Source of the DNA: a virus
Length of the DNA stretch: 64,000 nt
Virus record (IMG/VR): IMGVR_UViG_3300010885_050982
Location: 39,388-103,387 of that record
Direction: 5' to 3' (one strand)
Shown here: positions 1 through 10,235 of the stretch, one piece after another
Position numbering within the stretch: position 1 is the first letter of the stretch
Layout of the letters: every line of letters begins with the position of its first letter
Translations under genes and position numbers: made by a program
The notes under the pieces: generated by a model
Databases searched by the model: none
The model's input: the letters and a program-made list of their open reading frames with translations, nothing else
Told to the model about the DNA's origin: nothing

Positions 1-3000
1 CGTCTCGGTATCTGGGGTCGCGGAACGCCATTCGCGGACAAGAATTCGTTCATCAACGACATGTCCGAGGGCGGGGTCGCTGCGATGGAACAAATCGCTC
101 AGTCACTCAAGGCAACCGGAAGCTACTGCTCACGCGCAATCGCGATGGATGACGGTACGCCTAACGGCAAGGTGACATACGATCGATTGACGCATCACCT
201 GAGCGACGATCAGCACGAACAGTACAACGCATTGGCGGATGGCTGGCAGAGTGTTTTGGAAAATATCGACAAAGCATTGGAAATGACGGGCGGCAGCGAT
301 AGCCCACAAGCAAAATCAGCCGCCAGTTCGGCTTTCTGGGGGGCGCAACAGAGATTCTTCAATCAAGTCATGACGTCGATGCAGACACCGGCGGTCATTG
401 AGGCGATGTCGGCTGACATTAAAGAAGGTCGGTCACCGGTCATCCAACTCGTCAACACGATGGAAGCCTCTACGAAACGAGCGTTGGCCGAACGCGGCGA
501 GGACGACGAAGATGCCGATATCGACGTCTCGCCTCGCAAGATCCTTCAGCAGTACCTTGCCACGTGCTTCCCAACGGAGCGGTACGAAAGCTACACCGAC
601 GAGGACGGGAACGAGCGGTCGCGCATGGTCACGCAAGTGAAGCGTGACGAGCACGGAAAGCCCACGACCAATGACAAGGGTGAAGTCTTGATGGAACCGG
701 TCCACGACCCACGGGCGGTCGCGTTGCGTGACAAAATGCTTCAGGACGTTGCCGCTTACCGAATTCCAGATCCACCAATCGATCAGATCATCAACCATTT
801 CGGTCACGAAAAAGTTGCTGAAATAACCGGACGGTCGATTCGCAAGATTAAGATGGAGGAAGATGACGAGCCGAAGTTCTATCCGCGAAACTCAGCGGTC
901 GCGAATCAGGCGGAGTCCAAAGCGTTTCAAGATAACCAGAAAAACATCCTGATTTTTTCGGGGGCTGGGGACACAGGCTTTTCGTACCACGCTGCGCGAA
1001 ACATCAAAAACCAAGGTCGTCGTGTCCATTACATGCTTCAGCCAGGCTGGCGTGCGGACGCTGCCGTGCAAGGATTCGGTCGAACGAACCGAACCAACCA
1101 ATCGTCGGCACCGCATTATCGGCTTGTTGAAATCGACGAGTTGAAGGGTCAAAAGCGTTTCATCTCGACAATCGCTCGACGACTGGATCAACTGGGCGCG
1201 ATCACCAAGGGTCAACGTCAGACCGGCGGTGGCGGACTTTTCGCCGCCAGCGACAACTTGGAAAGCACCGAAGCGAAAGCCGCGCTGGAACAATTCTTCC
1301 ACAACCTCAAGGCCGGTGCGATTGAAGGGTTGGATCACACTGACGTCATGCGTCAGTTGGGCCTTGCAAAAAAAGAAGAGTCCAACCGAAAACAGGGCAA
1401 GGATACTCCTCCTCCAGAAATGGGGCAGTTCTTGAATCGCATGCTGTCCATGCGCGTCGGGATGCAGGGGAAAGTGTTCGAAGCGTACGAAAAGCAGCTT
1501 CAGCAAGTTGTCGCCAAGGCAATCGAAGACGGCACGCTCGACTCAGGGGTCGAGAATTACCCAGCAAGCCAGATCAACCGAAAACAAGACTCGGTCGTTT
1601 TCAGGGAGCCGAAGAGCGGCGCGGAAGCTCGGCACATCATCGCGAAGTGCAAAACCAAGTCCGACAAAATGCCGTTCAAGGAAATCGAATCCAAATCAAA
1701 ACAGCCGGAGAAGTTTGTCCGAAACAAGCAATCTGGTCACGTCTACGCTGCTTACAAGGGCGTCAACGAAACCGACCCAAAAACCGGCGAAGTCAAAGAG
1801 ACGTACGTTTTGGTTGGTGCATCTGGAAATCGTCGATCGGGAGTAGAGAAAGCTGACTTAGAAGGCGATTGGACAGCACGTCGATACAAGGACTGGAAAC
1901 AGCCGAAGTTCGACAAGCTCGACAAAGACGAAGCGGAGCGACTTTGGAAAGATCAGTACGACAAGATTCCAGACTTCAGCGAATCGGATCAGCATTTTCT
2001 GACAGGTGCGCTGCTGCCGATCTGGGACCGAATCCCAGGGAATAAGCCGAAGATCTATCGCATGCGTCTCGAAGACGGTCAAACGATCGTCGGTCGGCAC
2101 ATTCCAGCAAAGCACGTCCCAGAAATGCTCCAGCGACTTGGGGCACATGTGGAAGCCGAATCTCACACGGCAGCGGGAACACATTCCGCACTCACTGGAG
2201 GCCGACATCGAGCCGTGCTGGCAAACGGATGGAAACTCAAGCCGGTCATGGTGCAGGGTGAGCGGCGAATTGAGTTGGTTGGACCATCCTCAATGTCCGA
2301 GGTGCGCCAGATCGAAGCAGACGGAGTCAAGAAGGAACTCAAGGGTGGGTACGATCCGCACTATTACGTCCCGGTCGGTGAGGATGGCGTGAAAGTTCTG
2401 GAGAGACTGACGAAATCACGTCCGATTACGGAAGTGGCTGAAATCGAGAAGAGCAAGTATTCGCGACCGGCAACCACAGAAGGACGAATCCAGGCGGCAC
2501 GGGCAACTGTGATGCACGCCGTCGAGTTTGTCGCGATGCCTCGACGAGAGTTTTTCCAACAAGCGGCGGTGCCGAAATCCCGGTTCGAGATGGCGAAAGA
2601 GCGTTACGCCCGCCACAAGCCCGCGTCAGGGCAAATGTCGATGGAAAGCCACTGGATCACTCTCCACGGGGGCAGCGAAGGCGGCGGAACTCACGTTGAG
2701 GTCGACGGGAAAGGGAATATCACGAAAGGTCCGGCTGGATTGGCAGAGAAGGGGATTAAAAATCTCTCTGATTTCAAAAAAACCGAAGATAAAGAACCTG
2801 AATACCCAGCGAGAGACGATGGCCGACACATTAAAGAAGTGTGGCAAATGACAAAAGCGGAGCACGCCAAGATTTATGGAGGGAAACATGGAAATCATCG
2901 ACTTGGAAGCGAAGTGGGCACGCATCTTTCCGGAGACACAACACTGAAGCCGAATCAAGTAGATTTTGATTTTGCTGGGTCTTCACTTGGGATATCTGCA

Positions 3001-4890
3001 TCCGAAGCAAAGCGGGCATGGAACCAGTTTACTTGGGGCACGGAACTTCCGCCTGTAGACGTCGACAAGCGACACAAGCACCTTGTCGAGCAAGCCGTTC
3101 TTGCCGGAAAGAATGTTCCGGACCACATCTTGGCTGATTACCCGGATATTGCGAAACTGCGGAATACGAATCGGAAGCCTGTCACCGATGGAGATCTGGA
3201 TCGCCTAGCCGACAACGGGATCGACATCGTCAAACATCCAAAAGGCGGCTGGACCGCCGAGAGGGATAGTCATGACGAAAAGGGACCGTACCGGGAGCAC
3301 ATTGGCCAGTCGTTCGCGTCTCAGCAGGAAGCTGCGGACGCGGCGTTGAACTGGGCACAGCCGGAGAAAATCAAAGATCCATCACAAACAAAGCCTCACG
3401 AACTGTCCATGGGCGAATCCACAGAGAAAAGCTTGGGTGAGTTGAGAACAGAATTCAAATCGAAAATGGACGAGGTCGACAAGCGACTAGAGGCCACGAC
3501 TCGACAACTCCAAGGAGAAAAGTCGCGGGCCGGACGAAACATATCGAAAATCGAAGATATCGAAAATCGATATAAGCGAGCCAAACAGGAAGCAAGCGAC
3601 GAAAAACAGAAAATCGTCAGTCATTATAGTCCGCGAATGATTAACCACCCGGAACACAAAGCCCAGCAGGCAAAAGACGCGGAATCTTGGCGGACAAAGA
3701 AAGAGCAAGAAAACAAGAAGATTGCCGACAACGACAAGCTCATGAGAAAAGAGCAGTGGGACAAAATACAATCGTCCGGCGGGGTTGATGCCGCCAAGAA
3801 AACGGTTCAAGAGAATCTCAGGCAGTTGCAAATCAAGCACAATCGAACGAAAGAATCAAACCGCTGGAAACTGCCAAAACCAGAACGATTCAATCGCGAA
3901 TTGGAGTATCTTGAAGATTTACAGAAAGAGTTTGGTGGCGAAAGCGGGATCGACAGGGCACAGGAGGCAAAGTCGTCACCAGCGGTCAACCGAGAAGAAC
4001 TCGAAGGGCAAATGTTGATGTACAAGGACGCTATCGCAATCAAAAAAGCGAAAGGCGAACCTATTCCGCAAAAGTGGCTGGACGGAATGGCTGATATTTC
4101 CGACAAGCGTGGCGGGCGAACTCCAGAAACAGGTCTGGTCGCATCAAATCATGTTTTCGGTCACCCAGAAACAACGCAAGACCCGAAGTATGCAAACCTG
4201 ATTCCGATCCGGGTCGGCGACATTGAAAGCGTGAACCGAAAGACCGAGCAAGCACAGGAAATCTACAATCAGTTGGCGTCGAAGATATCAACTGCACAGT
4301 GGCAGGAGAAAAACAAGAAGACTAACCCAAAGGCCGCTAAAGCAGCGTCAGCGTATCTTCAGAGTCATGAAGGCCAAAGTGATATCCAGAATCGTGACAT
4401 GCTTCGCAACGAGACGATGCCGGAGCTTCAGCGGTTGCGTCGTGAATTAGCTGGGCAGAAACAATCGCCCCCCGAGCCAATCAATGGCGAGTATCACTCA
4501 AAAGACGTAGCCGACAAGCCGATCTCAAATGAAGTCTACGCCCAAGAAATGCGGAAGATGATCGAACTGGCAAATCAGCCGAAAGGCACGCTTTCCGGTA
4601 GAGCGAAAGAAGATTTCGACAGTTACAAGCCGATCATGGAGCGGGACGTAAATAAAGAAGTTACCCCGCGCAAACGGGCGAACGCGGCGATGTACGCGAT
4701 GCATGACTTACACCCAGACGCACAGCAGGCATTGTCAGATCACCTGAAAACGATCGCACCGGAAGCACATCAGCACTTCCATGCGAACAAGCCGATTCAT
4801 TTTGCGAATGTGAAAGCAGGAGACGACTCTCCAGAAAAGACGAAATACTCCAGAATCGCCAATGCTCGCATCCGATTTTGCGGTCGATGA
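1..4890 (+). CDS. 5'-partial polyvalent protein: Strawberry-notch-family SF2 helicase C-terminal half plus low-complexity/charged C-terminal domains
   Basis: Frame is open from base 1 (RLGIWGRGTPF...GGVAAME); FWGAQQRFF, AEITGR, GFSYHA, GWRADAAVQGFGRTNRTNQ, KRFISTIARRLDQLGA and FLNRML are Strawberry-notch motifs; later VWQMT...HLVEQAVLAGKNVP..ILADYP block. Confidence 0.88.
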   Translation, partial: RLGIWGRGTPFADKNSFINDMSEGGVAAMEQIAQSLKATGSYCSRAIAMDDGTPNGKVTYDRLTHHLSDDQHEQYNALADGWQSVLENIDKALEMTGGSDSPQAKSAASSAFWGAQQRFFNQVMTSMQTPAVIEAMSADIKEGRSPVIQLVNTMEASTKRALAERGEDDEDADIDVSPRKILQQYLATCFPTERYESYTDEDGNERSRMVTQVKRDEHGKPTTNDKGEVLMEPVHDPRAVALRDKMLQDVAAYRIPDPPIDQIINHFGHEKVAEITGRSIRKIKMEEDDEPKFYPRNSAVANQAESKAFQDNQKNILIFSGAGDTGFSYHAARNIKNQGRRVHYMLQPGWRADAAVQGFGRTNRTNQSSAPHYRLVEIDELKGQKRFISTIARRLDQLGAITKGQRQTGGGGLFAASDNLESTEAKAALEQFFHNLKAGAIEGLDHTDVMRQLGLAKKEESNRKQGKDTPPPEMGQFLNRMLSMRVGMQGKVFEAYEKQLQQVVAKAIEDGTLDSGVENYPASQINRKQDSVVFREPKSGAEARHIIAKCKTKSDKMPFKEIESKSKQPEKFVRNKQSGHVYAAYKGVNETDPKTGEVKETYVLVGASGNRRSGVEKADLEGDWTARRYKDWKQPKFDKLDKDEAERLWKDQYDKIPDFSESDQHFLTGALLPIWDRIPGNKPKIYRMRLEDGQTIVGRHIPAKHVPEMLQRLGAHVEAESHTAAGTHSALTGGRHRAVLANGWKLKPVMVQGERRIELVGPSSMSEVRQIEADGVKKELKGGYDPHYYVPVGEDGVKVLERLTKSRPITEVAEIEKSKYSRPATTEGRIQAARATVMHAVEFVAMPRREFFQQAAVPKSRFEMAKERYARHKPASGQMSMESHWITLHGGSEGGGTHVEVDGKGNITKGPAGLAEKGIKNLSDFKKTEDKEPEYPARDDGRHIKEVWQMTKAEHAKIYGGKHGNHRLGSEVGTHLSGDTTLKPNQVDFDFAGSSLGISASEAKRAWNQFTWGTELPPVDVDKRHKHLVEQAVLAGKNVPDHILADYPDIAKLRNTNRKPVTDGDLDRLADNGIDIVKHPKGGWTAERDSHDEKGPYREHIGQSFASQQEAADAALNWAQPEKIKDPSQTKPHELSMGESTEKSLGELRTEFKSKMDEVDKRLEATTRQLQGEKSRAGRNISKIEDIENRYKRAKQEASDEKQKIVSHYSPRMINHPEHKAQQAKDAESWRTKKEQENKKIADNDKLMRKEQWDKIQSSGGVDAAKKTVQENLRQLQIKHNRTKESNRWKLPKPERFNRELEYLEDLQKEFGGESGIDRAQEAKSSPAVNREELEGQMLMYKDAIAIKKAKGEPIPQKWLDGMADISDKRGGRTPETGLVASNHVFGHPETTQDPKYANLIPIRVGDIESVNRKTEQAQEIYNQLASKISTAQWQEKNKKTNPKAAKAASAYLQSHEGQSDIQNRDMLRNETMPELQRLRRELAGQKQSPPEPINGEYHSKDVADKPISNEVYAQEMRKMIELANQPKGTLSGRAKEDFDSYKPIMERDVNKEVTPRKRANAAMYAMHDLHPDAQQALSDHLKTIAPEAHQHFHANKPIHFANVKAGDDSPEKTKYSRIANARIRFCGR

Positions 4891-4950
4891 AATTCCCGGA
4901 AACAGATAAACTCTGCCAGCGACAATTTACCCAGAAGGGACACGATAAGC

Positions 4951-7728
4951 ATGACGATCGATACAGAAATCGCAAAACGTATTCAGGCGGCAAGGGTTGC
5001 GTACGATCATCAGCGTGAACTGTATGCGGGTCCGACACGGTGGATTACGGTCGGCGCGGTCGATCATCACGGCGGCACTCACGTCGAGATTGACGGACAA
5101 GGCAACATTTCCAAAGGTCCTTCCGGGATGAAGGGCAGTAATATTGCAAACCTGAAGAAGCCAGCATCAGTGGGGATTCCCGGACATCGACCGCCATCGA
5201 ATGTGGGGATTCCTGGACATCGACCGCCATCGAATGTGGGGATTCCCGGACATCGACCGCCATCGAATGTGGGGATTCCTGGACATCGACCGCCATCGAA
5301 TGTTGGAATGCCTGGCATGCGACCACCCAACCAAGACGGAATTCCAGGTCATAGGCCACCGTCCGGGCAGTCGATGCCGGGGAATCGAAATGCGGTTCCA
5401 CCACAGCAGGCGCAGCCAGCCGGGCAGAATCCGCAAGAGAAGCCAATTCCAGGCGAACCCGCCCCTTTGAAGCAAGCGGTGGAGCAACTTGGAGCGCAGC
5501 AGCAACCGACGACGCCACCGCCACCGGGACGACTGTATTCGCCGAACCCAGCGTTTGGAGAAGCGGCAAGAGTCGGGGTTCCCGGCAATAAAACTCCTCC
5601 ATTGCCGCCGCTTGAATACTTCAGACTGCCAAACCTGAACCCAGAAGAACGTGCAGTCGAAAAGGGTTTTATGGATCAGTACCAGTCCGATCCTGACGGC
5701 CAGGCCGATGCGATGATCCAAGCGATGGCAAAAGGCATGGGCGACGGTCCAAACATTTTCGCAACCGACGAGGCGAAAGGCTTGGTCAAGGAATGGAAGG
5801 GGACAAAAGTCCCTGAAATGGGGCCGGATGGAAAGCAAGCTGTCGACAAGGATGGGAATCCGAAATGGGATCTCAGTCCTGAAACAAAAGAGTATCGATC
5901 AAAGTACAACACGGCGCTTCACCAGACAGCGAACGCATTGGCGAAGCGAGCGTTCTTGAAATACCTCGATACCGTTGTTGCAAACGGTCCACCGGAAAAG
6001 AGAAACATTCTCGTTACTGCTGGTGGAGTTGCCTGTCACGGTAGAGGCACTCCTGTCGTGATGTTCGACGGAACCCTCAAGAATGTCGAAGATGTCGTTG
6101 AGGGCGATAAACTAATGGGTCCAGATTCAACTGAACGAACTGTAATGCTGACGCATTCAGGTCGCGACATGCTTTACAACGTAACTCCGCATCGTGGCGA
6201 CTCGTTTACGGCGAATGGTTCTCACGTTTTGGCGATTCACGCTCAGTTGCGACGAAAAGTGAATGGCGTCGAGATTCCGTATTCTGGCAAGATCACGATT
6301 ACTGTTGACGACTATCTTGCGAAAAGCGGTCGATTCAAGGCGAATTGCTATTTGTATCGAAGAGGGATTGAGTTTGCCGAGTCTCGTGTTCCGCTTGATC
6401 CATACTTCTTGGGATTGTGGCTTGGGGATGGAACGCATTGCCTGCCAGCGGTCACGTCTGCCGATCCAGAAATCGCGGAGTTCATGCAGCAGTTCACTCG
6501 CAAGCAACCACGAATGAAGCTGATGGTTCACGCAAAGCCGGACAATGCCGCATCCGTGTATCAAATGTCGTATCTGGATTCGACGCCACAGAAAGGCGAT
6601 GGATACCGAAAAGGGTGTCGCCCAAATCCAATCACGGCAAGACTGAAGGAGGCGGGTGTTTTAAGAAACAAACACATTCCTCAACAGTATTTAGCCAACT
6701 CCAGCTCCGTGAGGCTTCAATTGCTTGCTGGGTTGCTAGATTCAGATGGGTCGTACAATGCTGACCGGAAATCGTTTGAGATTACCACCAAAATCGAGCG
6801 TATGGCGAAAGAGATTCAGTTCCTTGCCAGATCAATTGGATTCCAAGCGTCGATCAATGAGAAGATCGTGAGAAATAATTGGACCGGGAAGTCAGGCGTC
6901 TATTTCCGTCTTCACATCGGCGGAAACGATCTTGAATTGATTCCGACAAAGATCCTGAGAAAGCAGGCGGAGTCAAGACCAGCAGAGCGAACAGACGGAA
7001 GGGTGTCTCGCGACGTTCGGCACTCAAGTTTCAGGGTCGATCCAATCGGAGAAGATGAGTTCTTCGGTTTCACGCTGAATAAAGATCATCTGTACTTGCT
7101 TGGCGACTTTACGGTTACCCACAATTCAGGCAAGGGGTTCGCGCTTGAGAATGTTGACCAGACGAAGAGCTTGCAAAAAATGGCTGGTGCTGTGTGGGAC
7201 ACTGCCGGAGAGCAGAACAGCACCGAACTCGGATGGGTCGCCGAAGAGTGCAAGAAACGTGGACTGAAGATGCACGCCGTATTCGTTCACTCCAAGCCAA
7301 GCGAGACATGGGAAAACCCGGAGCGAGGTGTGATCGAGCGAGCCAATAAAAAGGGCCGCATGGTCGACGCCAGAGCGTTCGCGGACTCTTACACGTATGG
7401 CGCGCAGAACTTCCACAAGTTTTCCCAGAAGTACGCGAACGACCCTAACGTTCACGTTACCGTTCTCGACAACACTCGGCCACCGGTGCCAGATCTGGAC
7501 GAAAACGGAGTTCAGAAGATCGACAAAAAGGGAAAGCCAGCCAAAAAGCCGGACGTCGTCGCGATCCCGTCTGTCCCGCAAGAAATGTTGTCGATGGACC
7601 CGGATGCATTGTACGCTCATTGCATCGAAGCACTGGCAAAATTCCCAGCCTCAGATGCCGTCAAGCAGGGCGGTTCCGCAGGTACAAGAATTTGGCCGGA
7701 AACGCTGACGGGCGGTCGAAAACAGTGA
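4951..7728 (+). CDS. Polyvalent protein with Pro-rich linker and zeta-toxin-like P-loop kinase, intein-containing
   Basis: After intein removal the Walker A reads ILVTAGGVA-SGKG; downstream VWDTAGE and AVFVH...IERANKKGRMV resemble zeta-toxin/AAA_33 kinases. Confidence 0.72.
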   Translation: MTIDTEIAKRIQAARVAYDHQRELYAGPTRWITVGAVDHHGGTHVEIDGQGNISKGPSGMKGSNIANLKKPASVGIPGHRPPSNVGIPGHRPPSNVGIPGHRPPSNVGIPGHRPPSNVGMPGMRPPNQDGIPGHRPPSGQSMPGNRNAVPPQQAQPAGQNPQEKPIPGEPAPLKQAVEQLGAQQQPTTPPPPGRLYSPNPAFGEAARVGVPGNKTPPLPPLEYFRLPNLNPEERAVEKGFMDQYQSDPDGQADAMIQAMAKGMGDGPNIFATDEAKGLVKEWKGTKVPEMGPDGKQAVDKDGNPKWDLSPETKEYRSKYNTALHQTANALAKRAFLKYLDTVVANGPPEKRNILVTAGGVACHGRGTPVVMFDGTLKNVEDVVEGDKLMGPDSTERTVMLTHSGRDMLYNVTPHRGDSFTANGSHVLAIHAQLRRKVNGVEIPYSGKITITVDDYLAKSGRFKANCYLYRRGIEFAESRVPLDPYFLGLWLGDGTHCLPAVTSADPEIAEFMQQFTRKQPRMKLMVHAKPDNAASVYQMSYLDSTPQKGDGYRKGCRPNPITARLKEAGVLRNKHIPQQYLANSSSVRLQLLAGLLDSDGSYNADRKSFEITTKIERMAKEIQFLARSIGFQASINEKIVRNNWTGKSGVYFRLHIGGNDLELIPTKILRKQAESRPAERTDGRVSRDVRHSSFRVDPIGEDEFFGFTLNKDHLYLLGDFTVTHNSGKGFALENVDQTKSLQKMAGAVWDTAGEQNSTELGWVAEECKKRGLKMHAVFVHSKPSETWENPERGVIERANKKGRMVDARAFADSYTYGAQNFHKFSQKYANDPNVHVTVLDNTRPPVPDLDENGVQKIDKKGKPAKKPDVVAIPSVPQEMLSMDPDALYAHCIEALAKFPASDAVKQGGSAGTRIWPETLTGGRKQ
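5170..5301 (+). repeat. 33-bp coding tandem repeat x4 (VGIPGHRPPSN), followed by two degenerate units
   Basis: gtggggattcc[c/t]ggacatcgaccgccatcgaat at 5170, 5203, 5236 and 5269. Confidence 0.97.
6034..7125 (+). mobile_element. Intein with LAGLIDADG homing endonuclease (364 aa)
   Basis: Starts CHGRGTPVVMFDG, block B FTANGSHVL, LAGLIDADG motifs PYFLGLWLGDG and LLAGLLDSDG, ends FTVTHN followed by Ser +1. Confidence 0.95.
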
Positions 7729-7793
7729 TCCAACCGTTCTTCAGAGACGTTTAGTCTTACGTGAGAACGAAACCCATAAGAAAAGAGGAAGTT

Positions 7794-8033
7794 ATGTCAG
7801 TTGGAACCATGCAAGGGCCTCCAGCGTACAAGTTCCCGGAAGCGCAAGCCCAAGCTGAAGCGATTATGTCAAATTTGTCCCAGAGTGACGACGAAATGGA
7901 TGCCGTTGAAGAGCGAAAGCACGCTCGGGACGTTGCTCGGGCAGAGGGTGGCGACAGCGGCCCCCAGATTGACCCTGAAAAGTCCAATCGAATCGACAAA
8001 GCGAAAACATCGTTCGACGTACGAGGTTTCTGA
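7794..8033 (+). CDS. Small hypothetical protein downstream of the zeta-like kinase
   Basis: GAGG RBS before ATG 7794; stop overlaps next start (TGATG). Confidence 0.6.
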   Translation: MSVGTMQGPPAYKFPEAQAQAEAIMSNLSQSDDEMDAVEERKHARDVARAEGGDSGPQIDPEKSNRIDKAKTSFDVRGF

Positions 8034-9325
8034 TGCTCAATATTCGCGACAGGATTGCGTCTGCCATCGAGCGATACCAGAAAGAACACTGGATCACGCT
8101 TCGGGGGACTCACGTACTGATCGACGAAGATGGGGAGATCCTAAAGGGTCCTCCGGCGCTCAAGGGTATTCAACTCGGGAAACCGGTCCCGAAGCGAAAG
8201 GCAGACGAATCAGAAAAGCAGTGGCTGAAACGTATTGCTCCTGATTTGCCAGCCCCAAGGCGACTTCCTGAAAATCATAGCGATTATTTCAACATGGATC
8301 GGGCGGACGCGACGGTATCGATCGGTCGACTGAAAAGTACGAAGACCGACGCCGAAAACGAAAAAGGCGGCGGGAACGCTCCAAAGTTCATGGATCTGTC
8401 GCGACGTGGATTGACCGGGAAACGTGATCCGATCACGGTTCGACCGAACGACAGCGGCGGCTATGACGTTGTCGACGGGAATGGAACATTCACTGGTGCG
8501 AAACATTACGGTTGGAAAACACTTCCAGTTCAGATCGAGAAGAAGCTTCCCGAAGAAAATCGGAAGCCATTCTTTACCGATGAGGAAATGAGTTTACCGA
8601 AAGAAAGACTTCAGCCGGTCGCGCAAGATGCTGGTTATGACGTGTTGGCTGCAAAAGCGAAAGTTGCCGATCATCAGTTGCGAACACTATTGGACTTCGG
8701 AAAGGGCCTTGGCGCGCAGCTTGGGTATGAGACCATCCTTCCGGGGGTCATGAAGTTGGATGAAATTGTAGAGCGGTGCAAGAAGCCAGGAGGTATCGTC
8801 TGGATTGGCGGCTTGAAGCCGGAAGCATCAGCGAAACGAAAAGTCCGGGACGATTACAATGGTCACTGGAATCGGCTTTTGGATATTGCGAGGGCAACTG
8901 TCGTCGTTGACGCGATTGACGATGTGCATAAGGTCATCGACAAAGCGAGGGCGATGGGGGCAAAATTGGCTCGTCGGCCAAAAGACCACATAACTAATCC
9001 AATACCCGATACGCATTACCGAGATATCAACATGAATCTGGAGATGCCAAACGGGATGATCGTGGAAATGCAAATCAATCTGAAACCGATGATCATCGCG
9101 AAGAAAACTGGGCACTTGGACTATGAAATCATTCGGGAAATATCAGGAAAACTTCACGCAGAAGGGGACCGAGAACCGACAGCGAGCGAGAAGTCGCGTC
9201 TTCAGCAGGCTCTCAACGCAAACGTGAAGCTCTACGATGCCGCTTGGGAAAAATGCTTGGGATCGAAAGAGAAATACTCTCGACGTTGCGAACTGGCTGA
9301 GTCGAGATTTCGGAAGATGTTTTGA
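8033..9325 (+). CDS. ParB/Srx-like domain fused to RelA/SpoT-type nucleotidyltransferase (small alarmone synthetase-like)
   Basis: DPITVRP...YDVVDGNGT...GWKTLPV (ParB-like); LKPEASAKRK, LLDIARAT, YRDIN and VEMQI match synthetase Syn1-4 spacing. Confidence 0.8.
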   Translation: MLNIRDRIASAIERYQKEHWITLRGTHVLIDEDGEILKGPPALKGIQLGKPVPKRKADESEKQWLKRIAPDLPAPRRLPENHSDYFNMDRADATVSIGRLKSTKTDAENEKGGGNAPKFMDLSRRGLTGKRDPITVRPNDSGGYDVVDGNGTFTGAKHYGWKTLPVQIEKKLPEENRKPFFTDEEMSLPKERLQPVAQDAGYDVLAAKAKVADHQLRTLLDFGKGLGAQLGYETILPGVMKLDEIVERCKKPGGIVWIGGLKPEASAKRKVRDDYNGHWNRLLDIARATVVVDAIDDVHKVIDKARAMGAKLARRPKDHITNPIPDTHYRDINMNLEMPNGMIVEMQINLKPMIIAKKTGHLDYEIIREISGKLHAEGDREPTASEKSRLQQALNANVKLYDAAWEKCLGSKEKYSRRCELAESRFRKMF

Positions 9326-9333
9326 GGTGGATC

Positions 9334-9549
9334 ATGGACAAAAATGCGCGATACGATTATTACGAATACGGCGATGACCTGCTGGCGAGGAAGATTGCCG
9401 GGGCTGGCGAGTTTTCCCTGTTTGACGTTTGGAAAATCGACCACTGGGAAAAGTCTTCAGACATGGCGAGATTCGTGTCGACCGCCACCAGGATTCGAGA
9501 CGTGGACGAGTATTTGAAAGCGAATCCGCGATTTTTGGCGGCGATTTGA
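9334..9549 (+). CDS. Small protein immediately downstream of the RelA/SpoT-like gene (candidate antitoxin)
   Basis: GAGGTGG RBS then ATG; position only, no family recognised. Confidence 0.55.
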   Translation: MDKNARYDYYEYGDDLLARKIAGAGEFSLFDVWKIDHWEKSSDMARFVSTATRIRDVDEYLKANPRFLAAI

Positions 9550-9766
9550 GAAACGCAAAAGGCAAAACATGAGTGTCTACCTGCCGGGAACCTGCTTCCG
9601 TTGTTTGAAGAGGATGAAACCGAAGACGGATATGCGTGCCAGAGCCAGTACGGGTTATTTGAGGCATTGATAGAAATGGCCCCTCGTTTGACGGTTCGAA
9701 TTCCGCTTACCACTGCGGACACTCCACTGCTGCCGCGTTGAATCCTGTCGCGGTCCGTTGGTTTTT

Positions 9767-9967
9767 TCATTTGACCTCCTGCAAGCGCTGCAATGCAGCG
9801 AGAATTCGCGCGTTGCGCTCTCGGTGGTCGAATTTCTGTCGATGTTCCAGGTACGACAGAAATCGAGACTCGTGATCGCGAGCGACTATGTCGCGACATT
9901 CTTGGGCGATCGGGGCGAGCACAAGCCCGACAAAACAGCAAGCGAGAACGTAGAGTATTTCTTTCAT
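9767..9967 (-). CDS. Small membrane-anchored hypothetical protein
   Basis: Hydrophobic N-terminus; part of a tightly packed minus-strand run. Confidence 0.5.
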   Translation of the reverse strand: MKEILYVLACCFVGLVLAPIAQECRDIVARDHESRFLSYLEHRQKFDHRERNARILAALQRLQEVK

Positions 9968-9971
9968 GATT

Positions 9972-10235
9972 TCATTCCGTATCTTTTAAGTGTTCCGCAT
10001 CACAGGCGTCGTCAATTTCGGCGTGAGTCATGTTCGGGTATCGTGTGTGAGTTGGACATCGGTATCCGAACCCCATTTCATGGGACCACCCTGCTTTGAG
10101 TATCTCGCCTTTTGCGACTCCGTTAAACCAGGCCCGATTGTCGCGGAACTCAGCACAGGCGCAGCATGCAGGTTCATCGCAGGATATTATGGCAACTAAG
10201 TCAATTCTGAATCCCATCTCGGAAGCATCCTTCAT
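9972..10235 (-). CDS. Cys-containing phage hypothetical protein
   Basis: ISCD..AC ... GW ... YRCPTH pattern; overlaps neighbour by 4 nt. Confidence 0.55.
   Translation of the reverse strand: MKDASEMGFRIDLVAIISCDEPACCACAEFRDNRAWFNGVAKGEILKAGWSHEMGFGYRCPTHTRYPNMTHAEIDDACDAEHLKDTE

Noticed and set aside
3286-3298. 13-nt match (ccgtaccgggagc) to the 36-bp spacer at 25118-25153
   Set aside because: Too short to exclude chance in a 64-kb window
5170-5301. 33-bp repeats as a CRISPR array
   Set aside because: Contiguous in-frame coding repeats with no spacers
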